From Ascoidea asiatica JCM 7603 (Eukaryota; Fungi; Ascomycota): DNA of 64,000 nucleotides. Position 1 is the first letter of the stretch. Each line of letters begins with the position of its first letter. Made by a program: the position numbers and the translations under genes. Below are positions 63,353 through 64,000 of this stretch, one piece after another. The stretch lies in NCBI GenBank assembly GCA_001600695.1, contig BCKQ01000007.1:84327-148326 (forward strand). The letters run 5' to 3'. The notes below the pieces were generated by a model that saw only the letters and a list, made by a program, of their open reading frames with translations, made no database searches and was not told where the DNA came from.

Positions 63353-63988
63353 ATGTCTTCAGATCCAAAACAAGAAGAAGAAGTTACAGGTAAAGTTACT
63401 TCTTTACCAACTCCACCATCTGCAAATGTATTTTCAATGTTTGGTGGTAAAAAATTAAATAAAGAAAAAAAAGATGATGTTGAATCTGTGAAGAAAGATG
63501 AACCAAAATCTGAATTAAAAACTGAAGAAGAAGAACCAAATGTAGATTTTAAACCAATTGTTCAATTAGAAAAAATTGAAGTTAAAACTAATGAAGAAGA
63601 TGAAGAAGTATTATCTAAATTTAGAGCTAAATTATTTAGATATCATTCTGATATTAAAGAATGGAAAGAAAGAGGTGTTGGTGATGTTAAATTTTTAAAA
63701 CATTCAAAAACTAATAAAGTTAGATTACTTATGAGAAGAGATAAAACTCTTAAAATTTGTGCAAATCATTTAATTTCTCCAGATTCTGTTTTAAAACCAA
63801 ATATTGGTTCTGAAAGATCTTGGGTTTATACTGTTGCTGCTGATGTTTCTGAAGGTGAACCTGAAGCTCAAACTTTAGCCATTAGATTTGGTTCTAAAGA
63901 AAATGCTGATAAATTTAAAGAAGCTTTTGTTTCTGCTCAAAAAACAAATACTGATGATGAATCTGAATCTGAATCTGAATCCAAATAA
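63353..63988 (+). CDS. YRB1: Ran-binding protein 1 (RanBD)
   Basis: [68 protein letters not shown]. Confidence 0.97.
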   Translation: MSSDPKQEEEVTGKVTSLPTPPSANVFSMFGGKKLNKEKKDDVESVKKDEPKSELKTEEEEPNVDFKPIVQLEKIEVKTNEEDEEVLSKFRAKLFRYHSDIKEWKERGVGDVKFLKHSKTNKVRLLMRRDKTLKICANHLISPDSVLKPNIGSERSWVYTVAADVSEGEPEAQTLAIRFGSKENADKFKEAFVSAQKTNTDDESESESESK

Positions 63989-64000
63989 TTATTATAATCC

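Overview
Very AT-rich budding-yeast (Saccharomycotina) nuclear DNA. Asn/Lys/Ile-rich proteins and near-absent GC3 resemble Ascoidea-type yeasts, but the species is an inference. Recognisable genes: UTP25, a PGC1-like glycerophosphodiesterase, SIN4/MED16, SRM1/PRP20 (RCC1), MET17, TRL1, TIM12 (two exons, 92-nt intron), CAB2, ICE2, a soluble Dap1/MAPR-family heme protein, LEO1, AVT7, SSN8 and YRB1. There are also tRNA-Val(AAC) and an intron-containing tRNA-Ser(UGA). No mobile element or CRISPR array is supported. Points of most interest: (1) a bipartite promoter element GAGACCA-N7-GG found five times with invariant spacing; (2) a 50-aa microprotein ORF (40618-40770, minus) missed by the ORF track, inside an 11-kb gap; (3) an orphan 218-aa disordered protein carrying PP1 and calcineurin docking-like motifs; (4) GC/CpG-rich promoter islands in an otherwise CpG-poor background; (5) orphan ORFs behind multi-kb upstream regions; (6) AT-hooks in the RCC1 tail. 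Most short ORFs in the track are spurious. All homology calls come from recognising motifs by eye; no searches were run.
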